Shown here: piece after piece, positions 7,074 to 14,806 of the stretch | Layout of the letters: every line of letters starts with the position of its first letter | Numbering within the stretch: the stretch's first letter is position 1 | DNA from: Polyangiales bacterium | Lineage (GTDB): Bacteria; Myxococcota_A; Polyangia; Polyangiales; Houyiibacteriaceae | Assembly: GCA_045106895.1 (NCBI GenBank) | Contig: JBGCFM010000216.1 | Coordinates: forward strand, 1 to 16,376 | DNA length: 16,376 nt | Reading direction: 5' to 3' | The notes under the pieces: model-generated | Told to the model about the DNA's origin: nothing | Seen by the model: the letters and a program-made list of their open reading frames with translations, nothing else | Databases searched by the model: none | Made by a program: the position numbers and the translations under genes

Positions 7074-7940
7074 ATGGAACATGTCGTTCAAACGCCTCGC
7101 CCCGCCTTTCGCTCGAAGGACGGCTGCCTCGAAGTGCACCAAGTCCCGGCTTGGCAGGACAACCTCATCTGGGTTGTCGCTTGCCTGAAAACCCGCGAGT
7201 GCTTCATTGTGGACGGTCCCGTCGCCGACGGCGCGCTGGCGCTCATCGAACGCGAAGGCTTCACGCTGCGCGGCATCCTCAACACGCACACCCATCCAGA
7301 CCACGTGGGCGTGAACCGTGACCTGGCAAAACGCGGACTCCTGGACGGCCTTGAAGTCATCGGTCCCGCCCGCGACGCCGAGCGTGTGCCCGGGCTGACG
7401 CGCGGCGTCGACGAAGGCGACGAGGTCACCATCGGCGCGTGCACAGGACGAGTTCTTCTCACCGAAGGGCACATCAAGGGGCACGTCAGCTACGTCTTCC
7501 AGGACCTGCTCTTTTGCGGAGATACGCTCTTCGGCGCCGGCTGCGGCTACCTCTTCGATGGTCCGCCGAGCGCGATGCACGCGAGCCTACAAAAGCTCGC
7601 AGCTCTGGATGAAGACACCCGCGTGTGCTGCGCTCACGAATACACGGAGGACAATCTCCGTTTTGCCTGGAGCCTCGACTCCAAGAACGAGGCGCTGGCC
7701 AAACGCATCCGTGATGTCTGGGCGCTGCGTGCGCGCGGAGAATGCTCCGTGCCAAGCACCATCGGCGAAGAGCGCGCCACCAATCCTTTTCTGCGTCACC
7801 AAGACGCAGCGTTCCGGGAGGCTTTGGCGAGCGCCATCGACATCGAAGGCAGCACCGGCGCGGAGCTTTTTGCTGCGACGAGGCGCCTCAAAGACCGCAA
7901 GGACTACAAGAAGGCGAGCGACGACGCGCTGCCTCTTTGA
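7074..7940 (+). CDS. gloB: Hydroxyacylglutathione hydrolase (glyoxalase II), metallo-beta-lactamase fold
   Basis: DNLIW, THTHPDH metal-binding motif, GHIKGH, GDTLFGAGCG, CAHEYT, PSTIGEERATNPFLR. Confidence 0.93.
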   Translation: MEHVVQTPRPAFRSKDGCLEVHQVPAWQDNLIWVVACLKTRECFIVDGPVADGALALIEREGFTLRGILNTHTHPDHVGVNRDLAKRGLLDGLEVIGPARDAERVPGLTRGVDEGDEVTIGACTGRVLLTEGHIKGHVSYVFQDLLFCGDTLFGAGCGYLFDGPPSAMHASLQKLAALDEDTRVCCAHEYTEDNLRFAWSLDSKNEALAKRIRDVWALRARGECSVPSTIGEERATNPFLRHQDAAFREALASAIDIEGSTGAELFAATRRLKDRKDYKKASDDALPL

Positions 7941-7979
7941 GCCGCGCAGCTTGGCCGGACTCTATCGTCCACCGGCGAC

Positions 7980-10598
7980 TCAGGTGTACTGGTATTCGCA
8001 GAAGATCTCGTCCCAGTCGCAAGCGGCGAGCGAGTCCCTGTCGATGATCCAGTAGCGGAGCCCATCCACGATCCAGTGTCCGAACTCTCCGATGGAGTCC
8101 AGCTGGAGCAAGGCCAGAGATCGCTCGTCACCGAGGAACTCGCCCTGAACGGGGCTCGGCCAGCCGAGAATCTGAGTGCTCGACCACTCGGTGCTGTCTT
8201 CCAGCCCCTGACGGAGCGCGTCCACCGTGTCGCCGTCCGCGTCGCTCAGCTCACTGTGCGCGTCGAGCCATTCGCCCGAAGGGAGCGTGAACTGGGTGAA
8301 GAAGCGAAGCGGGCGCTCGTCGATGGTTGCGACGAAGTCGTCCATCCCGGCGCGCTGCTCGAGATCCTTGGGCAAAGCGCGGGGGGCGGGCGCTCCCTTG
8401 GCGTACACGAGCCTGGAGCCTTCTTCGTCCTCCGCGCTCGTGTCAGCGAACAGGTAGAAGTGGCCCTCCTTCGGCAAGAGCCCTTCCACGTCGAAGGGTG
8501 AGAACTCGGCGCAGTTTAGCTGGAGAATGAAGGGCAGGTGATCGTCGTTGTCCTCGTACTTGGGCCACTTCGTGCCTTTGGGCAGGTCTGGAAGGCCACC
8601 CAGTTTTGAGGCCCCGGCGGCCGCCTTACCCGGGTCGACGGCGACGCCGATGGCGGGCTGGACGAGCCGAGCAAGGGCGCCCTCTTCGAGACCTTCGATG
8701 CTCGCGTCGCTCACGGTGGCTACCCACGCGCTCGGAATCTTGTCCGCGTCGACGAAGCGGCCTTCCGGGAGCGGGAGCTTCGGCGGAGGTTCATATGCGG
8801 CGTCCTCTGCGCTCGCGGGCTTCTCCACCAGACAGAACGCGCCGTCTTTCATCTGAATGAGAAACCGACCGGTCAAGATGTACAAGGTGCCTTCGCGCGT
8901 GGCCGTCATCGCTTCGACGTTGCTTAGCTCCACGCCCGCGCGATCGCTCGTGTAATGCTCGACGTCCGTGCCCTCGATGGCGTAGACGCCGTCCCAGTTG
9001 GTGGCGGCCCAGAGCGTGTCACCGATCCACGCCAGCTGGCCGACGGCGCCTTGGGTGAGCAACTCAAGCTCGCCACCCTTCGCCCTTCGAAAAAGACCAG
9101 AGTGGGTTCCGAAGTAATCGACACCGGCGCGGCTCGCCATGACGTAGACCTTCGGCGTGAAGAAGTCTTTGCCGAAGTTGTCGTAGCGCCACTCGCCGTC
9201 TTGTCGTGTGTAGATGCCGCCCTCCTCGTTGTCGGAGAGAACAAGACGTCCGGCCGCGTTGCGCATCATGCAACGTGTGTCGCACTTCGCCGGCAGGTCC
9301 TTGCGTGGGCGAAGCAGGCGCCACGTCGTTCCGTCGAAGACAGAGATGTGCTTGGACTCAACCTCGCTCTCGTAGCCCACGCAGTAGACCTCATCGTCGA
9401 CAACGGCCATCTGAGTGATGTGCTGATCATGAAGCGGCGAGTTGGCGTGGTTGTAGAGGCGGAAGCCCTTGCCGTCGAAGGCGAGGAGGCCCCAGTTCGT
9501 CGAGATGTACACGATGCCGTGAGCGGACGCGATGGTGTCGATGGCGGGGCCGTGTCCGACGGCGGCGTAGCGAACACACTTGCCCTCAGCCACGCGATAC
9601 AAGCCGCTGTATCCGCCCAGCCACAACGCGCCGTCCTCTGCGAGCGCGATGGTTCCCCGATTGGCGTCGACTTCGTTGAAGGGGACCTCGCTGATCTCCA
9701 CGTCGAAGGGCGCGCCGTCAGTGGTCTTTAGTCCGCTTGAGCCGTATTCCAGCAGCACATCGCGGAGCGCGACGGCATTCTTCGTCTCGTAGGGCGTGCG
9801 GCCTTCTTTGTCCTCCGCGTTCACGTCGGCCCCACCGTCGAGCAAGGCTCGCGCGATGTCTGCGCTGCGTGCCCGGTGAAGAGGTGTGTACTTGTGAGCG
9901 CCAGCACCGTCCGCTGCCGCGCCGCTATCGAGGAGACGCTTGCAGAGCGCAGCGTCGCCGACGTGGTGAAGAGGGCCGGCACCGCTCTTTAGGCGGAACG
10001 TCGCATCGGCACCGCGCTCAAGGAGCAGGTTCGCGACCTCGGTCTGGCGATGAAAGACGGCGTGGTAGAGCACCGACCAGGGGTCTCCGTCCTCTTGAAT
10101 ATCATAGAGCAAGTTGGCATCGATGGCTCGGTCGAGCTCGGCCTGAACTCGCTCGATGTTTCCTTCGCGCATGGCTTTGAAGAAGCTCTTGATGGTCCGC
10201 GCCGAGGGGGGCTTTGCCTTCTTGGGCTTCTTCGACGCGGTCTTCTTGCGAGCAGAAGCGGCCGCGAGTTTCTTGGCGGGCTTCTTCGTTGCTTTCTTGG
10301 CGCCGGTCTTTGAAGGCGTCTTCTTTGTCGCCTTCTTCTTCGTCGCTTTCTGCTTTGCTGCTTTCTTCGCCGCGGGCGCTGGGGCTGAGGGCTCCGCATC
10401 GGCGTAGCCCTTCTTGCGCTTCTTCCCCGCTTGCTTCTCCGCGTCAGCGAGGGCGTCGTCGTCGGACGCGAAGGAGCTCTCCTTGGACCGACCGTCGGTG
10501 CCGATTCGGCCGTAGCGAACGATGTGGGTCGAGCCCTCTACCTCGACAGACCAGAACTTGCTCGACGTTCCTTCGGCGAATTCCAGATAGATTTTCAT
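7980..10598 (-). CDS. Multidomain protein: WGR domain, Lys/Ala-rich linker, ankyrin repeats, beta-propeller, DUF1963 (YwqG-like)
   Basis: aa 1-67 SSKFW..VRYGRIGTDG..KRKKGY (WGR). aa ~70-134 K/A/P-rich. aa ~135-287 ankyrin (LLLERGAD, TPLH, LLDGGADVNAEDKEGRTP). aa ~310-590 propeller-type repeats (LWLGG, GLLAFDG, NSPL, FDGTTW, LWAAT). aa ~645-872 SKLGGLPDLP, LPFILQLN, LLPKEGHFYLF, QILGWP..VQ, LLQLDS, terminal QYT (DUF1963). Confidence 0.9.
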   Translation of the reverse strand: MKIYLEFAEGTSSKFWSVEVEGSTHIVRYGRIGTDGRSKESSFASDDDALADAEKQAGKKRKKGYADAEPSAPAPAAKKAAKQKATKKKATKKTPSKTGAKKATKKPAKKLAAASARKKTASKKPKKAKPPSARTIKSFFKAMREGNIERVQAELDRAIDANLLYDIQEDGDPWSVLYHAVFHRQTEVANLLLERGADATFRLKSGAGPLHHVGDAALCKRLLDSGAAADGAGAHKYTPLHRARSADIARALLDGGADVNAEDKEGRTPYETKNAVALRDVLLEYGSSGLKTTDGAPFDVEISEVPFNEVDANRGTIALAEDGALWLGGYSGLYRVAEGKCVRYAAVGHGPAIDTIASAHGIVYISTNWGLLAFDGKGFRLYNHANSPLHDQHITQMAVVDDEVYCVGYESEVESKHISVFDGTTWRLLRPRKDLPAKCDTRCMMRNAAGRLVLSDNEEGGIYTRQDGEWRYDNFGKDFFTPKVYVMASRAGVDYFGTHSGLFRRAKGGELELLTQGAVGQLAWIGDTLWAATNWDGVYAIEGTDVEHYTSDRAGVELSNVEAMTATREGTLYILTGRFLIQMKDGAFCLVEKPASAEDAAYEPPPKLPLPEGRFVDADKIPSAWVATVSDASIEGLEEGALARLVQPAIGVAVDPGKAAAGASKLGGLPDLPKGTKWPKYEDNDDHLPFILQLNCAEFSPFDVEGLLPKEGHFYLFADTSAEDEEGSRLVYAKGAPAPRALPKDLEQRAGMDDFVATIDERPLRFFTQFTLPSGEWLDAHSELSDADGDTVDALRQGLEDSTEWSSTQILGWPSPVQGEFLGDERSLALLQLDSIGEFGHWIVDGLRYWIIDRDSLAACDWDEIFCEYQYT
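10197..10391 (-). repeat. Low-complexity Lys/Ala/Thr-rich coding repeat (KATKK/PAKK-like units)
   Basis: PAAKKAAKQKATKKKATKKTPSKTGAKKATKKPAKKLAAASARKKTASKKPKKAKPP, with about 23 Lys in aa 78-129. Confidence 0.85.
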
Positions 10599-10664
10599 GG
10601 ACCGAGATTATCGAGCGGGGTTGAGAGGTCAAGTCTCGGTCAGATATCGAGCACGAAGTCACTC

Positions 10665-10692
10665 TTGCATGCCGGCCCGTCGGGTCTATCGT
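10665..10692 (+). promoter_or_regulatory. Candidate sigma70-type promoter for the OYE gene
   Basis: TTGCAT (10665-10670), 16-nt spacer, TATCGT (10687-10692), then 9 nt to ATG 10702. No Shine-Dalgarno. Confidence 0.45.
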
Positions 10693-10701
10693 CCCCCCAA
10701 T

Positions 10702-11787
10702 ATGCACGACCCTCTCTTTCAGCCGCTCCAACTGGGCGCGATCCAAGCGCCGAACCGAGTCTTGATGGCCCCGCTCACCCGCGGCCGCGCCACGCCGCAG
10801 TCGGTGCCAACGGAGATCATGGTGGAGTACTACCGCCAGCGAGCGTCGGCGGGACTCATCATCTCCGAGGCCACCGGCATTAGTCGTGAGGGGCTCGGCT
10901 GGCCCTTCGCGCCGGGCATCTGGAACGACGAGCAGGTCGCTGGGTGGCGCAAAGTCACCGACGCGGTGCACGACGCCGGCGGGCGAATCGTGCTGCAGCT
11001 TTGGCACATGGGCCGCTTGGTCCACTCGGACCTCGGCGGCGCGCCCCCCGTGTCGGCGTCGGCGACGACGGCGCCGGGTCAGGCGCACACTTACGAAGGA
11101 AAGAAGGACTACGAGGAGTCACGCGCGCTGAGCACCTCGGACATCGCGCGCGTCGTCGCGGACTATCGCCACGCCGCTTCGATGGCCAAGGACGCGGGCT
11201 TCGATGGGGTCCAGCTGCACGGCGCAAACGGCTACCTCATCGACCAGTTCTTGCGGCGTTCATCCAACTTACGCACCGACGCGTACGGCGGCTCCGCGGA
11301 GAATCGATCGCGCCTTCTGGCAGAGGTCCTCGAGCAGCTCGTCGACGTGTGGGGCAAGGAACGCGTTTCGCTGCGCCTCTCGCCGAACGGCGAAACCCAA
11401 GGGTGCGATGACCCGGACCCGGCGGAGACCTTTGGCGCGGCAGCCAAGGTCGCGCAGGCGGCGGGCATATCGTTTCTCGAGCTGCGTCAGCCAGGGGCCA
11501 AGGGCACCTTCGGCCGAACGGACGTACCCCAGCAGGACGGACTGATTCGCACGCTCTTCACCGGCCCCTTGGTGCTCAACAGCGACTACACGGCGGAGGG
11601 GGCCGCGCAGGACATCGCCTCGGGTCGTTGCGACGCCGTGACCTTCGGCCGGCCGTTCATCTCGAATCCAGACTTGCCGGCGCGCATCCGAGTGGGCGCG
11701 GAATTGGCGCCGAACAAAGACGTACCCCAGAGCTGGTACCTGCCGGGTAGCGCTGGGTACATCGACTATCCAACGCTCGATACTTAG
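10702..11787 (+). CDS. nemA: Alkene reductase, Old Yellow Enzyme family (NemA-like NADH:flavin oxidoreductase)
   Basis: LFQPLQLG..NRVLMAPLTR, YYRQRASAGLIISEAT, QLWHMGR, AGFDGVQLHGANGYLIDQF, N.RTDAYGGS.ENR, FGRPFISNPDLP, GYIDYP. The family N-terminus matches ATG 10702 rather than 10597. Confidence 0.94.
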   Translation: MHDPLFQPLQLGAIQAPNRVLMAPLTRGRATPQSVPTEIMVEYYRQRASAGLIISEATGISREGLGWPFAPGIWNDEQVAGWRKVTDAVHDAGGRIVLQLWHMGRLVHSDLGGAPPVSASATTAPGQAHTYEGKKDYEESRALSTSDIARVVADYRHAASMAKDAGFDGVQLHGANGYLIDQFLRRSSNLRTDAYGGSAENRSRLLAEVLEQLVDVWGKERVSLRLSPNGETQGCDDPDPAETFGAAAKVAQAAGISFLELRQPGAKGTFGRTDVPQQDGLIRTLFTGPLVLNSDYTAEGAAQDIASGRCDAVTFGRPFISNPDLPARIRVGAELAPNKDVPQSWYLPGSAGYIDYPTLDT

Positions 11788-11839
11788 GCCTCGGAGATTC
11801 CTTCTGGCGCTGGCGGGCCCGCCCACGTAGCTTGGGCCC

Positions 11840-14743
11840 ATGAGTCGGGGTGGACGCAGAGGCAAAGGTTGGCGGGGTGCGGTTACACGCCTCTCGCGTG
11901 GTGCGCAGAACGCGCTTGAGCTTGTGCGTGTGGGCCGTCTGACGGACCCCTATGGCGCGCCCTACGACGTGTTCGATCAGGGAAAGCACCACCGGCTTCG
12001 TCGGTACCGAGGACGCAACCCACAGCGCCACATCACGCAGCCGATTCTCCTCGTGCCGCCGCTGATGCTCACGGCGGAGGTCTACGATATCGCCGAAGAC
12101 GTCAGCGCCGTGCTGGCGCTCTTGCGCGACGGCGCCGACGTTTGGGTGTGCGACTTCGGCGCGCCGGAACGCGAAGACGGCGGCATGTCGCGCACCCTCG
12201 ACGACCACGTCAAAGCCGTCGACGCGTGCGTGGACGCCGTGCGACAGCACACGAACCAGGACGTTCATCTCGGGGGCTACTCCCAGGGCGGCATGTTTTG
12301 TTATCAGGTCGCTGCTTATCGGCGCTCCGAAGGCCTCGCCGGCGTCATCACCTTCGGCTCACCCGTCGACATTCACCGGAACCTGCCCAACGTTGGAGAC
12401 TCAGCCGCGGCGGAGATCGCGCGTCTCCTCGAGACCCTCGTCGCGAAACCGATCAGTGAGCTCGAAGGGCTTCCTGGAATCCTCACGAGCACCGGCTTCA
12501 AGCTGGTGTCGTTTCGCAAAGAGGTGAGCCAGGTCGTCGACTTCTTCTCGAAGCTTCATGACCGTCAGGCTCTTGAAAGACGGGAAGGGCGGCGTCGTTT
12601 CTTGGGCGGCGAAGGGTTTGTAGCTTGGCCCGGCCCTGCGTTCCGTACCTTCTTCGAAGAGTTTATCGTGCACAACCGCATGATGAGCGGCGGCTTCGTC
12701 ATCGACGGACGCAGCGTCACCCTTGCGGATGTCACCTGCCCCGTCTTGTTCTTTGTCGGCGAACGCGACGACCTCGCGCGGCCGGCGTCCGTGCGCGCCG
12801 TTCGCCGCGTCGTTCCTCCGGGCCAAGCCTACGAGGTGAGCCTGCCGGCGGGTCACTTCGGCCTCGTCATCGGCAGCAAAGCCCTCGCCGTCACTTGGCC
12901 GACTGTCCTCGACTGGATGCGCTGGCACTCCGGCCAAGGAACCCGACCTCGTGCTCTTCGTGAAGAAGACCCGCCCGTTGAGGTCGAGGACGCGGCGTTC
13001 GGGGAGTTCGACTTCGACGTGCGCCTCTTCATCGACGCCGCCAAGGATGCCGCCCAGAGCGTCTGGTCCGCCGTCGGCGACCTCTTCGAAGACGCAGGGG
13101 ACTACGCCACCAATATCCGCTGGCAGCTGCCACGCATCTCCGAGCTGGAAACCCTCGACGACGACTCTCTTGTCGGCTTTGGGCGAAGTCTGGCGGAGCA
13201 AGCCGAGCGCTCGCCGGAGCGAACGTTCTTTCTCTGGCGGGGAAGGGCGTTTACCTACAGCCAGGCCGACGCGCGCGTGAACGCCGTGGTCCGAGGCCTT
13301 TGGCTCTCCGGCGTTCGGCCCGGGGAGCGCGTCCTCGTCTGCATGGGGCCACGTCCCAGCTACCTGACCCTCGTCGCCGCGCTCTCGCGCATCGGCGCTG
13401 TCCCTGTCCTCGTGCACGAACGCGCGACGCAGCTTCAGCTTCGTGACGCCAGCCAGCTCTCAGGCGCCAGCGTCTGCATCGTCGACCCCGCTCGTCTTGC
13501 CCGCGCCGGTTTTCTCGTCGAGCGCGAGCTGGTGCGCAACGTCTTCATCTTGGGCGGAGGCGCCGAGCGCGACGACCCGGCTGCCTGGGAGCACGTCGGC
13601 ACCCGCGGCGTCGTGGACCTCGAGGCCATCGACGTCGAGGGCGTCGAGCTGCCTTCGGATTTCGTCGCCAACCCAGGTCGCGGAAGTGATCTCGCGATGA
13701 TCTTCTTCACGCCGAGCCGCAGCCAGCCCGGCGGACTTCGCGCGGCGGAGATCAGCGGACGGCGCTGGGCTTTCTCCGCCCTCGGTGCCGCGGCGGCCTG
13801 CACGCTCACGCCGGACGACACGGTCTACGTTTCCTTGCCGATGCACCACATCGCCGGCCTTTTGGTGAGCGTCGGAGGAGCGCTCGTCGGCGGCGCGCGA
13901 TTGGCACTGGCGGATTCGAGCGCGAGCGGCTTTCCGGCTACCGTCGATGGCGACCCCAGCTCGTTCTGGGAAGAAGTCCGTCGCTACGGCAGCACCGTTG
14001 TTTTCTACGCCGGCGAGTCTGCGCGCTCGCTGACGAACGCGCCGTTCTCCACGCGCGACGCGAACAATCCGGTGCGACTCTTCGCGGGAAGCGGCATGCG
14101 CAGCGGAGTCTGGCGCGAGCTTGAATCACGCTTCCGTGTCTCCGTCGTGGAGTTCTACGCGTCCACAGAGGTCAACGCGATCCTGACGAACGCGAGCGGC
14201 GAAAAGATCGGTTCCGTCGGACAAGCGCTGCCGGGTTCCGCCGAGACCGTCCTCGTGCGCTTCGACCCCATGACGAAGGAGCTCACCCGAAAAGGTCGCT
14301 GGCTGCAGCGCGTGGATGCCGGCGAACCGGGAGTCCTCCTCGCGCGCACGGATCACGCGAACGCTCGTCGCGGACTGCGCGACGCCTTTGAGAGCGGCGA
14401 CGCGTATTTCGTGAGCGGCGATGTCCTCGTCGCGGACGAAGATGGCGACCACCGTTTCATCGGCCGTCTCGGTGAGATCGTCGCCTGCGAAGGCGAAGTC
14501 CGCTCCGTTCGGGAGATCGAAGATGCGCTCGACCCCGTCGATGGCGTGCTCCTCGCCGTGGCCCGAATCGCCGGCCACGAGATCTTGGTGTCCGTGGCGG
14601 TGCGCGAAGGCAGTGACCTGAACGAAGCGACGCTCCAGGAGTCCCTCGAAGCTCTTCCGGACCTGCTCCGCGACGTGCGACTGTCCATCGTGCCGTTGTC
14701 CACGATCCGCCTCAGCGACGGCTTCCGGCCCCTGAAAACATGA
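11840..14743 (+). CDS. Fusion of a PHA-synthase-like alpha/beta hydrolase and a long-chain acyl-CoA ligase-like domain (Rv1683-like)
   Basis: N-terminal half: PILLVPPLM..YDI, DFGAP, nucleophile elbow GYSQGG, GERDDLA (Asp), GHFGLVIG (His). C-terminal half: AMP-binding fold with LPMHH, FWEEVRRYG, YAGE, EFYASTE, SGD, FIGRLGE. Confidence 0.88.
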   Translation: MSRGGRRGKGWRGAVTRLSRGAQNALELVRVGRLTDPYGAPYDVFDQGKHHRLRRYRGRNPQRHITQPILLVPPLMLTAEVYDIAEDVSAVLALLRDGADVWVCDFGAPEREDGGMSRTLDDHVKAVDACVDAVRQHTNQDVHLGGYSQGGMFCYQVAAYRRSEGLAGVITFGSPVDIHRNLPNVGDSAAAEIARLLETLVAKPISELEGLPGILTSTGFKLVSFRKEVSQVVDFFSKLHDRQALERREGRRRFLGGEGFVAWPGPAFRTFFEEFIVHNRMMSGGFVIDGRSVTLADVTCPVLFFVGERDDLARPASVRAVRRVVPPGQAYEVSLPAGHFGLVIGSKALAVTWPTVLDWMRWHSGQGTRPRALREEDPPVEVEDAAFGEFDFDVRLFIDAAKDAAQSVWSAVGDLFEDAGDYATNIRWQLPRISELETLDDDSLVGFGRSLAEQAERSPERTFFLWRGRAFTYSQADARVNAVVRGLWLSGVRPGERVLVCMGPRPSYLTLVAALSRIGAVPVLVHERATQLQLRDASQLSGASVCIVDPARLARAGFLVERELVRNVFILGGGAERDDPAAWEHVGTRGVVDLEAIDVEGVELPSDFVANPGRGSDLAMIFFTPSRSQPGGLRAAEISGRRWAFSALGAAAACTLTPDDTVYVSLPMHHIAGLLVSVGGALVGGARLALADSSASGFPATVDGDPSSFWEEVRRYGSTVVFYAGESARSLTNAPFSTRDANNPVRLFAGSGMRSGVWRELESRFRVSVVEFYASTEVNAILTNASGEKIGSVGQALPGSAETVLVRFDPMTKELTRKGRWLQRVDAGEPGVLLARTDHANARRGLRDAFESGDAYFVSGDVLVADEDGDHRFIGRLGEIVACEGEVRSVREIEDALDPVDGVLLAVARIAGHEILVSVAVREGSDLNEATLQESLEALPDLLRDVRLSIVPLSTIRLSDGFRPLKT

Positions 14744-14806
14744 GATCTCCGGCCATCGCCCACGGGATAGTCTGGACCAGAACCCAGCTGCCCCTACACT
14801 AGGAGC

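Noticed and set aside
5890..7188. 432-aa + strand ORF
   Set aside because: Antisense shadow of the SUFU gene that also overlaps gloB. It has no motifs, and such ORFs are expected in high-GC DNA.
7941..7979. Intrinsic terminator between the convergent gloB and WGR genes
   Set aside because: Only an imperfect GC stem (GCCGG...CCGGC) with no U-tract on either strand.
10597..10701. Longer OYE start at ATG 10597
   Set aside because: It overlaps the divergent WGR start. The family N-terminus and a promoter candidate both point to ATG 10702.
11840..12960. Class III PHA synthase (phaC) call
   Set aside because: The nucleophile is Ser (GYSQGG), not Cys. The domain is fused to an AMP-binding fold, and no phaE/phaA/phaB genes are nearby.
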